Counted from the stretch's first letter, positions 8,801 to 20,000 are shown. The stretch: 64,000 bases of DNA from Bacteroidota bacterium (GCA_023381615.1 JAMCQL010000013.1:3869-67868), one strand, 5' to 3'. Numbers and translations are program-made. The notes: a model not told the origin generated them from the letters alone.

Positions 8801-11329
8801 TTATTTTATCACGGCCATCTTTCTTACGCTAGTAAAATCTCCTGCAACAATCCGATAGAAGTACACTCCGTTTGGCAACCTGCTCGCGTCGAATTTCACC
8901 GTGTAGCTTCCCGGATTCTGACGTTCGTTAACCAACGTTGCCACCTCTCTGCCAAGCACATCGTAAACTTTCAATGTTACGATCCCGACAAAATCGGGAG
9001 AAAGCTGATAGCTGATGACTGTTGATGGGTTAAACGGATTGGGATAGTTCTGTTCCAAATCAAACTTAGTCGGGATTCCAGACTTGTTTTCCGAAATTCC
9101 GGTGACAGTAGTGAAGCCAGCTTTTGCTAGTCCATCCTGGATCACGGGATTCTTCATGAATGTATTCCAGACCCTCTGCGTCCTGTAGTTTTCAATCATT
9201 ATCATAATTGGTCCTTGGTCGATTCCAATGACATCAGGCCCCCACCAATTTGCCTTCAGATTGAACGCATCACGGAAGCCATAACCCATCCAGATATTAG
9301 CGCGATATGTATTGTACATGTATCGCAGCGTTGGAACGGAATACTCAGGAGTGAACGCTATGGAACCACCCGCCGCAGTCGGCGCTATTGTACCATCATC
9401 GTTCATTGCAGGCGGTGCTCCTCTGGCAATGTAGCCGTGATATCCTGTTGAACCAGGACCATCACACGCTGTCAGACCCCAGATGTTTGGTCCGTATCCC
9501 GTAAACCCTCCGGGATTTGCTATGCAATATTGTCTCTGTGCCAGAGTAGCAAGACGAGAATTTTGAAAATAAGTGATGTCCTTATTCTTCATGTAATTGT
9601 CAGCAATATTGCGATAGTCTATCCAGCATTGTGAATATTGGTGACCGAAAAGAGGCGGAAAATTTACGTAGGAATAACCGTAGTAAGTCTGCCAACTATA
9701 TCCGCTTGTCCAGGAATTCCAAACGCTTGCTGGAAGAGATGCACCAATACCCATGATGTTTAATATCATTCCTTCGTTATATCCGATCCAGCGTGCGCCT
9801 ATGAAACCGGATTCCGGCTGCCAACCCATAGTGAGAGAGCTATCGCCGTTTGTCATCCAGTTCCAGTCGGCACGATTGAAAATTGAATCGGCTAATGATC
9901 GGATTTGTGTCTCGGTCGTGTCCGTTCCAGTGAAGTACTGTTTGGAATACAATATTCCTGCAAGCAACAGACCGGTGTCAATTGAAGACAACTCGGATGA
10001 ACCGGCTCTTACCGCTGTATTCATACCAAGAAAATGATAGAACCATCCTTTGTATCCAATTGTGCCGGTGGAAGCCGTTCCCTCAGGTCCATTCCAAAAT
10101 GTCTTAAGAGTTGTGAGAGTCCTGTCTGCGCCCGCTTGCCGAGTTATCCAGCCGTGGTCAACTGCGATCCCTATTCCCGTCAAGCCGAAGCCAACTGCCG
10201 CAATGCTCGCTGCAGAAGTCTGTTCGCTTCTGTCTCTTACAAGTCCGTTAGACGGATTAGCCTCGTACCAGAAATAATTGAAAGCAGTATGCTGAACGAG
10301 ATCTAAGAAAGTACTGTCGCTTGCAAACGCCTGAGGGGTAACATTGACAGTGTCGGAACCGGGTCCTTCAACTTGATTAGTGTTTACACCGCGAACGAAA
10401 TAGTAATAGGTCGAGCTATTCGTGACCGAAACGTCGGCGTAGTCCTGCGTTTGAATTACTGCAGAGTTCAGTTTCGTGTACGACCCGCTCATGGAACTTG
10501 AGCGATAGACATTGTAACCTGCCAGATTGCTTTGCGAACTCCAGTCCCAATACAACATGGCGCTTTGGTCTCCTGATAACGACACAAGATTCTTCGGTGC
10601 AGCGGGCGTTGTGGTATCATTCTGCGACACCTTTGCAACGATTCTAATATTGTCAACCCACAAGGTGTGGAGCGAGTCATCCGCGGCGCCTTGATGAAAG
10701 TTCACATCCTTGAAGTTTGCCAGGGAAAAACCCGTAGGATATGGAGCAAATGCCGACAAAGGTATACTTACTCTTTGCCATGTCGTAGTGTCGGCATCGA
10801 TACCGCTTGGGAGATAGTCGCTTAGGTTTACAGTTGATGTTTTGGTGTTGGTTCCGTCCTCGAGGCCAATTTTCGGCAGGTCGACAGCAGGAACTGCATA
10901 GCGGCCGTTCATGTATATAACTACACTATCATAGCCGCTGACATCCTTTGATGCCCAACCCCAACTAGATATGAAAAGTCCCCAGTCGCCGCCGCTCACA
11001 CTCTTCCACTGCAAGAGTCCACTGTTATGGCCGGTGTAGTAATAAGTAGTGTCAATTATCAGCTTGTCCTTTGGAGAGTTTGGACCTCCCAAAGTAAGCA
11101 CACTTCCACCATTGGAGAATCCCCAAGATGCATCGTAATACCCGACACCAGTCGGGTCGTCCTCATCGAAGATTACAATATCCGGCTTTGCCTGCGCAAA
11201 AACGGAAATTGGCAATAGTACCAGCAGCAGAACCGCTGCTCTAAGGCAAATGAAGGAGCGAATGCTCATTGCTAGCCTCCTTTTTTGTTTTTCTGATTTT
11301 TCAAAAATCTTCGCAACATGTGAAGTCAC
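8801..11329 (-). CDS. GH144-like (glucoamylase-like, PF10091-type) glycanase with N-terminal CBM-like + Fn3 modules and a T9SS type-A C-terminal sorting domain
   Basis: The core reads LDLVQHTAFNYFWYEANPSNGLVRDR...AAVGFGLTGIGIAVDHGWITR, matching the glucoamylase-like family. An Fn3-like stretch (APKNLVSLSGDQSAMLYWDW...YNVYRS) precedes it. The C-terminus is FDLEQNYPNPFNPSTVISYQL...YFYRIVAGDFTSVRKMAVIK. The likely true start is ATG 11269, giving MSIRSFICLRAAVLLLVLLPISVFAQ, preceded by GGAGG. Confidence 0.75.
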   Translation of the reverse strand: MTSHVAKIFEKSEKQKRRLAMSIRSFICLRAAVLLLVLLPISVFAQAKPDIVIFDEDDPTGVGYYDASWGFSNGGSVLTLGGPNSPKDKLIIDTTYYYTGHNSGLLQWKSVSGGDWGLFISSWGWASKDVSGYDSVVIYMNGRYAVPAVDLPKIGLEDGTNTKTSTVNLSDYLPSGIDADTTTWQRVSIPLSAFAPYPTGFSLANFKDVNFHQGAADDSLHTLWVDNIRIVAKVSQNDTTTPAAPKNLVSLSGDQSAMLYWDWSSQSNLAGYNVYRSSSMSGSYTKLNSAVIQTQDYADVSVTNSSTYYYFVRGVNTNQVEGPGSDTVNVTPQAFASDSTFLDLVQHTAFNYFWYEANPSNGLVRDRSEQTSAASIAAVGFGLTGIGIAVDHGWITRQAGADRTLTTLKTFWNGPEGTASTGTIGYKGWFYHFLGMNTAVRAGSSELSSIDTGLLLAGILYSKQYFTGTDTTETQIRSLADSIFNRADWNWMTNGDSSLTMGWQPESGFIGARWIGYNEGMILNIMGIGASLPASVWNSWTSGYSWQTYYGYSYVNFPPLFGHQYSQCWIDYRNIADNYMKNKDITYFQNSRLATLAQRQYCIANPGGFTGYGPNIWGLTACDGPGSTGYHGYIARGAPPAMNDDGTIAPTAAGGSIAFTPEYSVPTLRYMYNTYRANIWMGYGFRDAFNLKANWWGPDVIGIDQGPIMIMIENYRTQRVWNTFMKNPVIQDGLAKAGFTTVTGISENKSGIPTKFDLEQNYPNPFNPSTVISYQLSPDFVGIVTLKVYDVLGREVATLVNERQNPGSYTVKFDASRLPNGVYFYRIVAGDFTSVRKMAVIK

Positions 11330-13509
11330 TTACTTCTTTTGTCTTCCACGAAACCAATCTTTTTCAGCGCTTCGCCTATTTCCGGATTTGACATGAACAA
11401 CTTCCAGAGCAATCCTGTCCTGTAATTTTCTATCATGACCACGATTGGACCTTCATCGAGTGCCATGTAAATGTCGGCATACCAATTCTGGGTCAAGTTG
11501 AAGGCATCTCTGAACCCATATACCCCCCACAACTTCCCTCCGAGTTCGTTGTAGAGATATTTGAGCGTCGCCATCGATTCCTTTGGCGTGTACGGCATTG
11601 ATGAGATTGCACCTGTAGGAGTGATTGTCCCGTTATCAGTGCGGAGATCGGGAGAATGGGCGAGGTATCCCCAAGGATCATCGCTCGCAGTAAGTCCCCA
11701 ACAATCTTCACTGTAGCCGACATAGTGGCCGGGATTGGCAATGCAATAGCTCCTATTGATAAGAGATTGGTTACGGTTGTTCTCAAAGTAATCGGTGAAC
11801 TTGTCTTTTATTCCTCGCGGATCGAAACCGAGAAACGAATAATGCGTGAAGAAGAGAGGTCCGCCCGGGCCGCATCCTACATCCAACTTGATTCCGTAAT
11901 ATTCATGGCCATTCGCGTAATGGTCTCCTTCTTCGGTTTGACTCCAATTCTTCCGATAGTCAACCGCTCGCTTTGACTGTCCTGCCCAACCTGTGTAGTA
12001 CATCGAGGCGGGAACAGGATGGGTTGGCGAAGCAATCGCAAGGAGATATACTATCATCGTCTCGTTCCAACCGACCAAAGGATGATTGATGTGCCATCCA
12101 AAATCCGGCGACCAGTGCCAGAACAAAAAGTCGCTCGTCGAATCCTGGCGGAACCAATCCCATTCAACTGACTGCCAAAGATCGGTTATCGTCGAACGAA
12201 TCTCTTCTTCTTTGGGATTTTGCTTATCGAAAAATGCCCGGGCGGCAAGAAGTCCTTGCATCATAAATGATGTCTCAACCAAATCAGCTCCATCATCGTA
12301 TTTACCAAAAAGAGGAATCACTTTTCCCGTTTGTCCATCTAAGAAATGAGGCCATGCGCCGTGAAATCTGTCTGCCTTCTTCAAAAAGTGCAGTATCTTG
12401 AGCATACGATCTGTTCCCTGGTCTCTTGTGACAAATCCTCTCTCGACTCCCACGAGAAGAGACATCACGCCAAAACCCGAAGCACCGATGGTAACAAGAT
12501 TATCATCACCTGGAGTGTTCTCCCTTGCGAGTCCAGAGACCGGATGCGCGTTGTCCCAGAAATACCTGAATGTCGCCCTTTGGACCATGTCGAGCAATTC
12601 GCCGTCGGTCATTTGATGTGTCGTGGCAGAAGCGATCCCGGAGAATTGGGATTCCACATAATCCTGGCTCATCGCACATACCTTGTAGAAGAAACTCTTT
12701 CCCGTTACACCGACATAATCTTCATAAATGTCCACACCCGCTCTTTGACTTCCGACCTGTTTGAAAGTCTTACCATCGTAGGATCGGTAAATCACATAAC
12801 GCTCAATACTTGTGTCTTTGCTCCCCTGCCACTTTAGTTCAACGTGTTTTTCGTAACCATCTGCCTTGAGGCCGACCGGTCTGCCGGAGGGAGCAGTCTG
12901 TTTGACATCCGGTGTGTATATTTTTATCTCGTCCAACAGCAGGGTGTGGTCTGCTCCATCATTATCACTCTGATGAAATGTGATCAATTTTATTTTGTGC
13001 AAGTTGAAGGCCTTGTTCGCTGGCTTGAAGGCCTCGAGCGGGATAATCACCTGCGTCCACTTTTTTGAAGGAACACTTTGGGAAAAATCACGGAGCTCAA
13101 TTCTGCCGGACCGATTCTTGTCCATATCTGTCATACTTACGGATGGAAGTTGAGAGCGGTTCAACTCCCCGTTAGAATACATCCAAAAGAAAAGCACCGT
13201 ACCGTCAAAATTAATGTCGCGATTTCTCCATTTGCTGACTTGTATTGAAAGCTTCCAATCACCGCCGGGCTGTGAGTTCCAATGCATTCTTAGGCTATTC
13301 GGTGCCAACTTATAGTTGTTCGCGTCAACAGGACATTTACCGTCTATAAGCTCCAGCTTGCTTGGAGCTGTTGTCGTACCTGAGCTGTAGTAGTAGAAAT
13401 TATCAGACAGGCTGTTATCGAAAATCACATGGGAATCATACTTCAACCATTGTGCGAAGACGCTACCACTCATTACGAAGAGCATTAATATCCCCCTGAT
13501 GAACATCAT
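11326..13509 (-). CDS. GH144-like (glucoamylase-like) glycanase, signal peptide, no T9SS domain (periplasmic paralog)
   Basis: The 727-aa product reads LLDMVQRATFRYFWDNAHPVSGLARE...GASGFGVMSLLVGVERGFVTRDQG...ADRFHGAWPHFLDGQTGKVIPLFGKYDDGADLVETSFMMQGLL, which I recognise as the glucoamylase-like/GH144 pattern. The N-terminus has a CBM-like module and an Fn3 module. Its start overlaps the GH94 stop by 4 bp. Confidence 0.8.
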   Translation of the reverse strand: MMFIRGILMLFVMSGSVFAQWLKYDSHVIFDNSLSDNFYYYSSGTTTAPSKLELIDGKCPVDANNYKLAPNSLRMHWNSQPGGDWKLSIQVSKWRNRDINFDGTVLFFWMYSNGELNRSQLPSVSMTDMDKNRSGRIELRDFSQSVPSKKWTQVIIPLEAFKPANKAFNLHKIKLITFHQSDNDGADHTLLLDEIKIYTPDVKQTAPSGRPVGLKADGYEKHVELKWQGSKDTSIERYVIYRSYDGKTFKQVGSQRAGVDIYEDYVGVTGKSFFYKVCAMSQDYVESQFSGIASATTHQMTDGELLDMVQRATFRYFWDNAHPVSGLARENTPGDDNLVTIGASGFGVMSLLVGVERGFVTRDQGTDRMLKILHFLKKADRFHGAWPHFLDGQTGKVIPLFGKYDDGADLVETSFMMQGLLAARAFFDKQNPKEEEIRSTITDLWQSVEWDWFRQDSTSDFLFWHWSPDFGWHINHPLVGWNETMIVYLLAIASPTHPVPASMYYTGWAGQSKRAVDYRKNWSQTEEGDHYANGHEYYGIKLDVGCGPGGPLFFTHYSFLGFDPRGIKDKFTDYFENNRNQSLINRSYCIANPGHYVGYSEDCWGLTASDDPWGYLAHSPDLRTDNGTITPTGAISSMPYTPKESMATLKYLYNELGGKLWGVYGFRDAFNLTQNWYADIYMALDEGPIVVMIENYRTGLLWKLFMSNPEIGEALKKIGFVEDKRSK

Positions 13510-15941
13510 TTTAACGATCTCTTTTTGCTTGATGACGATTTATCAAGTACGACATCTATTTTGTGCGGTTTTCCATCCGTAAATGGAGGAACAAGCACTC
13601 CTTCATTAACAACACGAACGCCTTTCGCTGGCTTGCCATCTATCTCAACTTCAAATACTCCGTGGCAAACACGACCAAGGTTTTTCACTTCGATATCCAG
13701 ATTAGATCCTCGAAATCTTCTTGAGACCTTGTATCCCTCCCACTCGGATGGAATGTGAGGGTCAATAACCAAACCATCAATGGTCGGACGGATTCCGAGT
13801 ATGTAGTCGAGTCCAGCTTTGAAAAGCCATGTCGCAGAACCGGAATACCAAGTCCAACCGCCGCGTCCATAAAAAGGTGATTCTGGACCATCAATGTTCC
13901 CGGCCGTTACGTAAGGTTCGGCGACATACTCGTCAGGATTCATTGCCCGATTGATTGGATTTATCTTAGAGAACATTCTATACGCTGCCTCACTGCGTCC
14001 GAGCATCGCTTCCGCGATCACAGCCCACGTTGCGGCGTGAGTGTAAACACCGCCATTTTCTCTCATCCCCGCGGAGTATCTCGTGAGATAACCGATCTTC
14101 TCGTCCGGGATTTTGTAAGCCGGGAAAAGGAGCAGCGGACCGGCTTTCTTCTCTAACTGCTTCTCGACGACATCCATCACTTGCTTGCTCCGCTTTTCAT
14201 CCGCGACGCCGGCAATGACCGACCATGTTTGGGCGTTGAGATGAATCTTTCCATCCTTGTTTGACCGCGAACCAATTTTTTCGCCGGAGTCCTTTGTGGC
14301 ACTCCAATACCATCCACCGTCCCAGGCGTGCTTATTCAAAGCTTGACGTAGCCCACGCGCACGTTTTAAATACAGCGACGCAAGCTTCTTATGGCCATCG
14401 GCTTGAAGAATCGCAGCGTGATCGTTGAGGATTTTGTAAAGAAAATGCCCGAGCCAGACAGACTCGCCTTTCCATTTCAAACCGACCGCACTCAGACCAT
14501 CGTTCCAATCTCCTGCGCCTATCAAAGGCAGTCCGTGTTTACTGAACCGACTCAGAACTCGATCAATAGCGCGGTTGCAATGTTCGAGAAGCGAAACTGG
14601 TTTGGAATCATCAAGAAACGGCTCTTTACATTTCAGAATGGACCGATCATTCGTCTCCTGAATATAACTGTTTACTAAATACGGGAGCCAGAGTAGGTCA
14701 TCCGACATATTTGTCGAAAGGCCAAGTTCGGTTATCGGATGCCACCAATGATAAACTGTACCATCTTTGTTTTGGTGTCGAGCATGAAGCAAGATCTGTT
14801 GTTTTGTCTGTTCAGAATCTATCGGCAAGAAAATCTGACTGTCCTGCAACTGGTCACGATATCCAAGCGCGCCGCCGGTTTGGTAATATGCGGTGCGTCC
14901 CCACAATCGCCCTGAGATCGCCTGATATTTCAGCCAGATATTCAGCATCGTGTTCATCGCTTCGTCAGGCGTCTTGACTTCAACAGTAGACAGAAGTCGT
15001 CTCCATCTTGCTTTGACTTCGTCAAGCGCGTTGTCAACATTCTCGGTGGATTGATACTTGGCGATCAATCGCATCGCCTCGCGCTGATTATCCGCAGCGC
15101 CGAGAGTAAAACAAATGGTCTTCTCTTCTCCGGGGTGCAGCTCGACATCAACTGCAAGTGAACCTATCGGATCGAGCGAGTTGCCGGTTCGCTTGCCGGA
15201 ATTCCCGGATTCGACTGCGAGAGGACGGCTGAGTTCACGGTACATCCCGAGGAAGGATTCCTTATCGCCATCATGGCCCGAAGGTCTGACATCGGACGAA
15301 TGAAAAGCGATGTAAGGCCAATCCATGTTCCAGTGGCCGTTTTCCGTTGGAACTTCCCACAACCGTTTCGCGGCAAACATTGCATTGTGGGATTCATCGT
15401 AACGGGTATTTATGAAACACTTATGAAACTCACGATGCCAATCAGGCGCAGCGCCGAGGCCCCATTCGAAATATGTGAATAACCGGAGCCGCCGCTCAGA
15501 AATGCCTTCATTTTTCAGAGTCAACTTCCATACTTCAAGCGGATCGTTGTTCGGAACAAATACGAGAAGTGAACTGCGGATACCTCTGTTTAATGATTCA
15601 ATTTGCGAGTAGCCGACGCCATGCCTGCAACGGTACTCTTCAGGTTCGGCACACACAGGTTTCCAACCGGCGGACCAGAATTTTCCGCTTTCTTCATCCC
15701 GGATATATATGTACTTTCCCCACTCATCTTTGATAAGGTCTTGTTCCCATCTGGTCAAGCGGTTCAGGCCTGCATGCGTCCGCCAACTGTAACCGCTTCC
15801 TGTCTGTGAAATGACAAGACCATAATCACCATTGCTAATCACGTTCACCCAAGGCCGAGGAGTATCAGGTCTGGTAATGACATATTCTTTGTCGTCGTCG
15901 GAGAAGTATCCGAACTTTGTTTTTAACTTCTTAGTATGCAT
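13506..15941 (-). CDS. GH94 family glycoside phosphorylase (cellobiose-phosphorylase-sized), cytoplasmic
   Basis: The 811-aa product starts KFGYFSDDDKEYVITRPDTPRPWVNVISNG, like cellobiose/chitobiose phosphorylases. The catalytic-region motif is LPLIGAGDWNDGLS. There is no signal peptide. Confidence 0.85.
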   Translation of the reverse strand: MHTKKLKTKFGYFSDDDKEYVITRPDTPRPWVNVISNGDYGLVISQTGSGYSWRTHAGLNRLTRWEQDLIKDEWGKYIYIRDEESGKFWSAGWKPVCAEPEEYRCRHGVGYSQIESLNRGIRSSLLVFVPNNDPLEVWKLTLKNEGISERRLRLFTYFEWGLGAAPDWHREFHKCFINTRYDESHNAMFAAKRLWEVPTENGHWNMDWPYIAFHSSDVRPSGHDGDKESFLGMYRELSRPLAVESGNSGKRTGNSLDPIGSLAVDVELHPGEEKTICFTLGAADNQREAMRLIAKYQSTENVDNALDEVKARWRRLLSTVEVKTPDEAMNTMLNIWLKYQAISGRLWGRTAYYQTGGALGYRDQLQDSQIFLPIDSEQTKQQILLHARHQNKDGTVYHWWHPITELGLSTNMSDDLLWLPYLVNSYIQETNDRSILKCKEPFLDDSKPVSLLEHCNRAIDRVLSRFSKHGLPLIGAGDWNDGLSAVGLKWKGESVWLGHFLYKILNDHAAILQADGHKKLASLYLKRARGLRQALNKHAWDGGWYWSATKDSGEKIGSRSNKDGKIHLNAQTWSVIAGVADEKRSKQVMDVVEKQLEKKAGPLLLFPAYKIPDEKIGYLTRYSAGMRENGGVYTHAATWAVIAEAMLGRSEAAYRMFSKINPINRAMNPDEYVAEPYVTAGNIDGPESPFYGRGGWTWYSGSATWLFKAGLDYILGIRPTIDGLVIDPHIPSEWEGYKVSRRFRGSNLDIEVKNLGRVCHGVFEVEIDGKPAKGVRVVNEGVLVPPFTDGKPHKIDVVLDKSSSSKKRSLK

Positions 15942-15951
15942 AAAATTAAAA

Positions 15952-17013
15952 TCAGAATTGAATGCCTAACGCAAACCTCGTGACGCTGAGGAGCCTTCCG
16001 TAGTTTGCCCAGCCGAAGTCTGCCTTCAGGCGAGTTTGCCCCAAATTATAAGCTACTCCAGCACCCAACGTCAAACCGCCTTCGCTATCCTTTTGAAAAA
16101 GCGACCTATAGCCGGCTCTCAAAGAAACAACGTCATAAAAGATGTATTCGCCCCCAAGATTCAGACTCTCTGTATTGTCGTTGGGGTGTAATGCGTCAAC
16201 GGATATAATCAGTCGATTCATGTCGGTGGCCAACGGTTGAAAGGAAACACCGAATCGAAACGTCAAAGGAAGATTCCACGAGTCTGTCCTCAAGTCCGCG
16301 ATAATATTTTGATTGCTCCCGTTATATCCCGGGTTAATGTTGTAGTAGACTATCGCATTGTCACCCGCGAATTTCATTGGAGTTCCAAAATTTGAGATGC
16401 TCATTCCTAACGCAAGACCATGGAAACCTGTTCGATAAAGCGTACCAATATCTAATGCAACTGCGCTCGCACTCATGTGCCAGATATATTCATTCACATA
16501 TTTGGCAGTAAAACCTATCGAAAACATATCGGTAAGGTTCCGCGCATAAGAAGCGGCGAAAGCGAGGTCGCCCGCTGAAAATTTCTCCCCTGTTCCTTCC
16601 GGGAAAGTGACAGTTCTTACTTCCATATCTCCCATAGATAGAGAAGTAATGCTCAGTCCAATTGTGCCGATGTCGCCAAGCACCAATGCGGCCGCGCCAT
16701 AATCGTAGCCTATGCCTGCAAACCAGTTTGTGTGCGAAAGTAGAACTTCGTTATTCTGCAATTGCGCGATTCCCGCAACATTCCAGTACAACGCCGAGAC
16801 ATCATTCGCGATCGATACAAACGCGCCTCCCATTGCCGCTCCTCTCGGACTTGGATCGATTTTCAAAAACTGAGCAGCCGTCGTCCCGACATTGGTGACC
16901 TGTCCCGTCACCTGTGAATAAGAAGGAGGCGCGAAGATTGCGACAAAAAATAGCACGCCGAGCAGTTTCATCGAAAATTTAGGAAAAACTGATTTGAGCC
17001 ATGTATTTTTCAT
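15952..17013 (-). CDS. Outer-membrane beta-barrel, PorV/PorQ-like (T9SS shuttle family) candidate
   Basis: The 353-aa product has a signal peptide (LLGVLFFVAIFAPPSYSQ). The segment GTTAAQFLKIDPSPRGAAMGGAFVSIANDVSALYWNVAGIA resembles the PorV/PorQ/UPF0164 N-terminal signature. The rest shows an alternating beta-strand pattern and ends in ...ALGIQF. Confidence 0.5.
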   Translation of the reverse strand: MKNTWLKSVFPKFSMKLLGVLFFVAIFAPPSYSQVTGQVTNVGTTAAQFLKIDPSPRGAAMGGAFVSIANDVSALYWNVAGIAQLQNNEVLLSHTNWFAGIGYDYGAAALVLGDIGTIGLSITSLSMGDMEVRTVTFPEGTGEKFSAGDLAFAASYARNLTDMFSIGFTAKYVNEYIWHMSASAVALDIGTLYRTGFHGLALGMSISNFGTPMKFAGDNAIVYYNINPGYNGSNQNIIADLRTDSWNLPLTFRFGVSFQPLATDMNRLIISVDALHPNDNTESLNLGGEYIFYDVVSLRAGYRSLFQKDSEGGLTLGAGVAYNLGQTRLKADFGWANYGRLLSVTRFALGIQF

Positions 17014-17027
17014 TGTACTTCCATCAC

Positions 17028-20000
17028 TTATTTGATAAGTGCTAACTTGCCAATTTTTGTACCGATGCCCGGTGCATCGACTTGATAGACATATATGCCA
17101 GGAGCGATGTCGAGATTATCCTTACTTCGCAAATTCCACGGTTCTGCACCATCAGACATAATGGAATCGTGGTTCAAAGTCACCACAAGGTCGCCGCTAA
17201 TTGTATATATCCTTATGGTGCAGTGCTGAGGGAGATGAATAAAATAAAGCAGTCTCTCGCCTCTGCCTGACTGGGTAAGCCTCTGTGGTTCCCAGCTTGC
17301 CGCAACGGTGTACGGATTGGGAACTACGGCGATGCGATCAAGCGCACCTTTGGCAGACGCAGTATCAACCTTGGCAGCAATAGTTGTGAACTCAAATACA
17401 TCATTCGAGCGGAACGGTGAATTGATCTTGACGTATGCAGTATCCCCATTTTGGGGATTAATGGTATTTCCTGCTACCGGGGCAATCAGATCTATTTCCC
17501 ACAAAGAAGCATAACGATTTGATCCTATCGGGAGCCAGATTACGATGTAGTCCCCCGCCTCAAACTTGTTATCTGTTTGGCTAACCGGTTCCCACAAATA
17601 ATACCGCACCTTGTGGTTCTCTGTTACGTCCCAAACCTGAAAATTAGTCACCGATAACGGCACGCGGCCATAGCTCCAGGAAGTGTCTGGCACCCCCACC
17701 AGAATCTCGTAACTATCAGGGTAACCTGGTACTTTTCCAGAGCTCAAAAACTTCTGCGCGGTAGTCGTATCTAACTTTGCAATAAGCAAGGTGTTTGAAT
17801 TTCCGCTGACCCATTTTGTGCCTGATGGATTCCATGCCGCAGAATCGTTTTTCACAAAAAGTCTAATCCCGTTAAAAATGGGATTGAAGTCTTCTCCGTT
17901 TACAAAACTAGATCCGGTGAAGATCGAATCTGCATGAAGTGAATCCCTCATGTCATAGAGAGAGTAAGTCAATGGATTGGTACTTGACGTGTCATCAAAA
18001 ACAAGTTTGTAGGTCTCTCCGTCACGGACCTGGAGCGGATCTACAATATCCAGCCATACTGCTCCACTTCCTGTTCCACTAAGATGTTGAATGGAACCGC
18101 CTTTTAACATTGGACTCTTATACCCGGCAGCGGCGGCGTTCGGAGTAGCCATACCAGTATTGATATCAAAGTGAAGTGTACCAAACTGATCACGAGATAT
18201 TACCTTGGTACATTCCGATGGGAAAATTCCGTTTATGGCGTCCCCTTTACTATATGAAACCACAGCATAGTAGTACGTCTGACCATTCACGACACTTGTA
18301 TCAACCCACGAATGCTGCAACCCCTTATCGTCACCGAGATAAAACTGAATGCCGTGGTCCGCAATCGGGAAGAAACCTGATATTCCATCCCTCAAATCAA
18401 ATTGAGCAACAGGCTGAAACATCGTCTTGTCCCCAAACCCGTTTGTTATTGTAAATGCATCGTTAAAGCCCGGGTCGGTGCTTTTGTAAATCTTATAACC
18501 TTCGAAATTATTTGGCGGATGAGAAAATGGGTCGTAAGAGCTTTCAGCGGCTTCATCCCAATATAACGTTACCTCCTTGTCGCCTGCCACGATGTTCACG
18601 TGAGGTTTGTTGGGGGGTCGGGCGAAGTTGTAGTTATTGTTATATATCTGCTCCACCGTGATTTTGTGCCGAATCAAATCTGCGAGGTCTTGACCGTAGA
18701 CAAGGGCAAGAGAGAAAAACTCGTCAGTCCCAGGAGGAAGCGGGAAAGGACCAGAGCCGTATAGAAATGCGATGTTACCGTTTTGAAGAGTCGTTTGAAA
18801 GTGACTATTTGCAATCCTTTGCCAAATACCTTCATCATCATAAAATGCAACACCGGTTCCGATGTAAAACACATCAAAGGCCGTTAGTCCAATTTGGTCT
18901 GATTCGTCCTTATCGGTTTTATCAAAATGTGGTTCACCTTCCGTCGGTATGCCATCCCCTTCCCCCGTGTCTCCCGTTCCCGGTATGCCATCCGCACCGA
19001 CATCGTCGGTTTGAGGATTCCAATTACCATTCTCGTCTCCTGACCAATGCTTTTTATAAACTCCTTGATACTTACCTTTCAAGTCAGGACCTGCCGCGTA
19101 GTTCGGCACCCATCCATACTCTAATTGACCGGGTCCGCTATCTCGCCGCTCGTCAATCATACGGTCCTGCATTCCAGCGCCGGTCACATAATTTTTGTAG
19201 GCAAACCCCATATCAATCGTTGGACTCTCATCGATCAATCCATTAAGATTGTCATCAAGATTATTTCCCGGGATTTCCTGCAAGACAATTCCCGGATACA
19301 AGTGATAAACATGTCCAAGCGAAACCACGGTAGTGTCGTGATTTGGCATTGTTACTACCGTACGCTCATACGTATGAGCTTCGAATGGACGCTGATACGT
19401 ATGCTCTTTGATTACGACAAATTTATCGCCAGCATTGATGGAGCGCGGAAGAAAGTCGGCATCCTGCAAGTGCGGGCTGTTAGGATCGACACTATCGTCA
19501 TCGTTATCAATTCCGTCGTAAGGATTTCCGGGACTTTCCAAGAAAGCGTATCCAACAAAACCAGTCGGGCCCCAACCACCATCTCCTAATCCCGTTGTGT
19601 TCCATGAATATGTCAAATTAAGTGATTTGTCGAAAGAAGCATTGTTCACGTTTGAAGAATACTGCCCGCCAACTCCTGTGTCGCAATACATGCCGAAAAC
19701 CACCTTAGTGTAATCTTGCGTCCCTTCATTTGTAACATCATAATGCCAAAAAATATTGTCTTGCGCCAATACGTTTGCCCATTGGAGACCTCTAACCTGA
19801 ACGCTTGTTCCTAACCCGCGTCTGGTGTGATCAGTCGAATCCGGGTAGTAGGGGTTTCCATATATATCAGATCCATCGTCTGAATTGTCGTCCATAACGA
19901 AATAACTTTCTTGGTCGGCATTTGTCCTTTGCCCGAAATAGCCATTCCACTTCCCGTTCCAAGACGGCGGCTCGTTAGCCCACGAGGGTGGCCATGTGAT

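Noticed and set aside
11270-11329. N-terminal extensions of track ORFs: 842-aa GH144-like (20 codons), hemN (45 codons, 30273-30407), fni (35 codons, 44847-44951), the Omp85 fusion (50 codons, 39586-39735) and GIY-YIG (6 codons).
   Set aside because: In each case an internal start yields a proper signal peptide or a family-typical N-terminus. The extension runs through hairpin or terminator sequence. They are kept as track coordinates but flagged.
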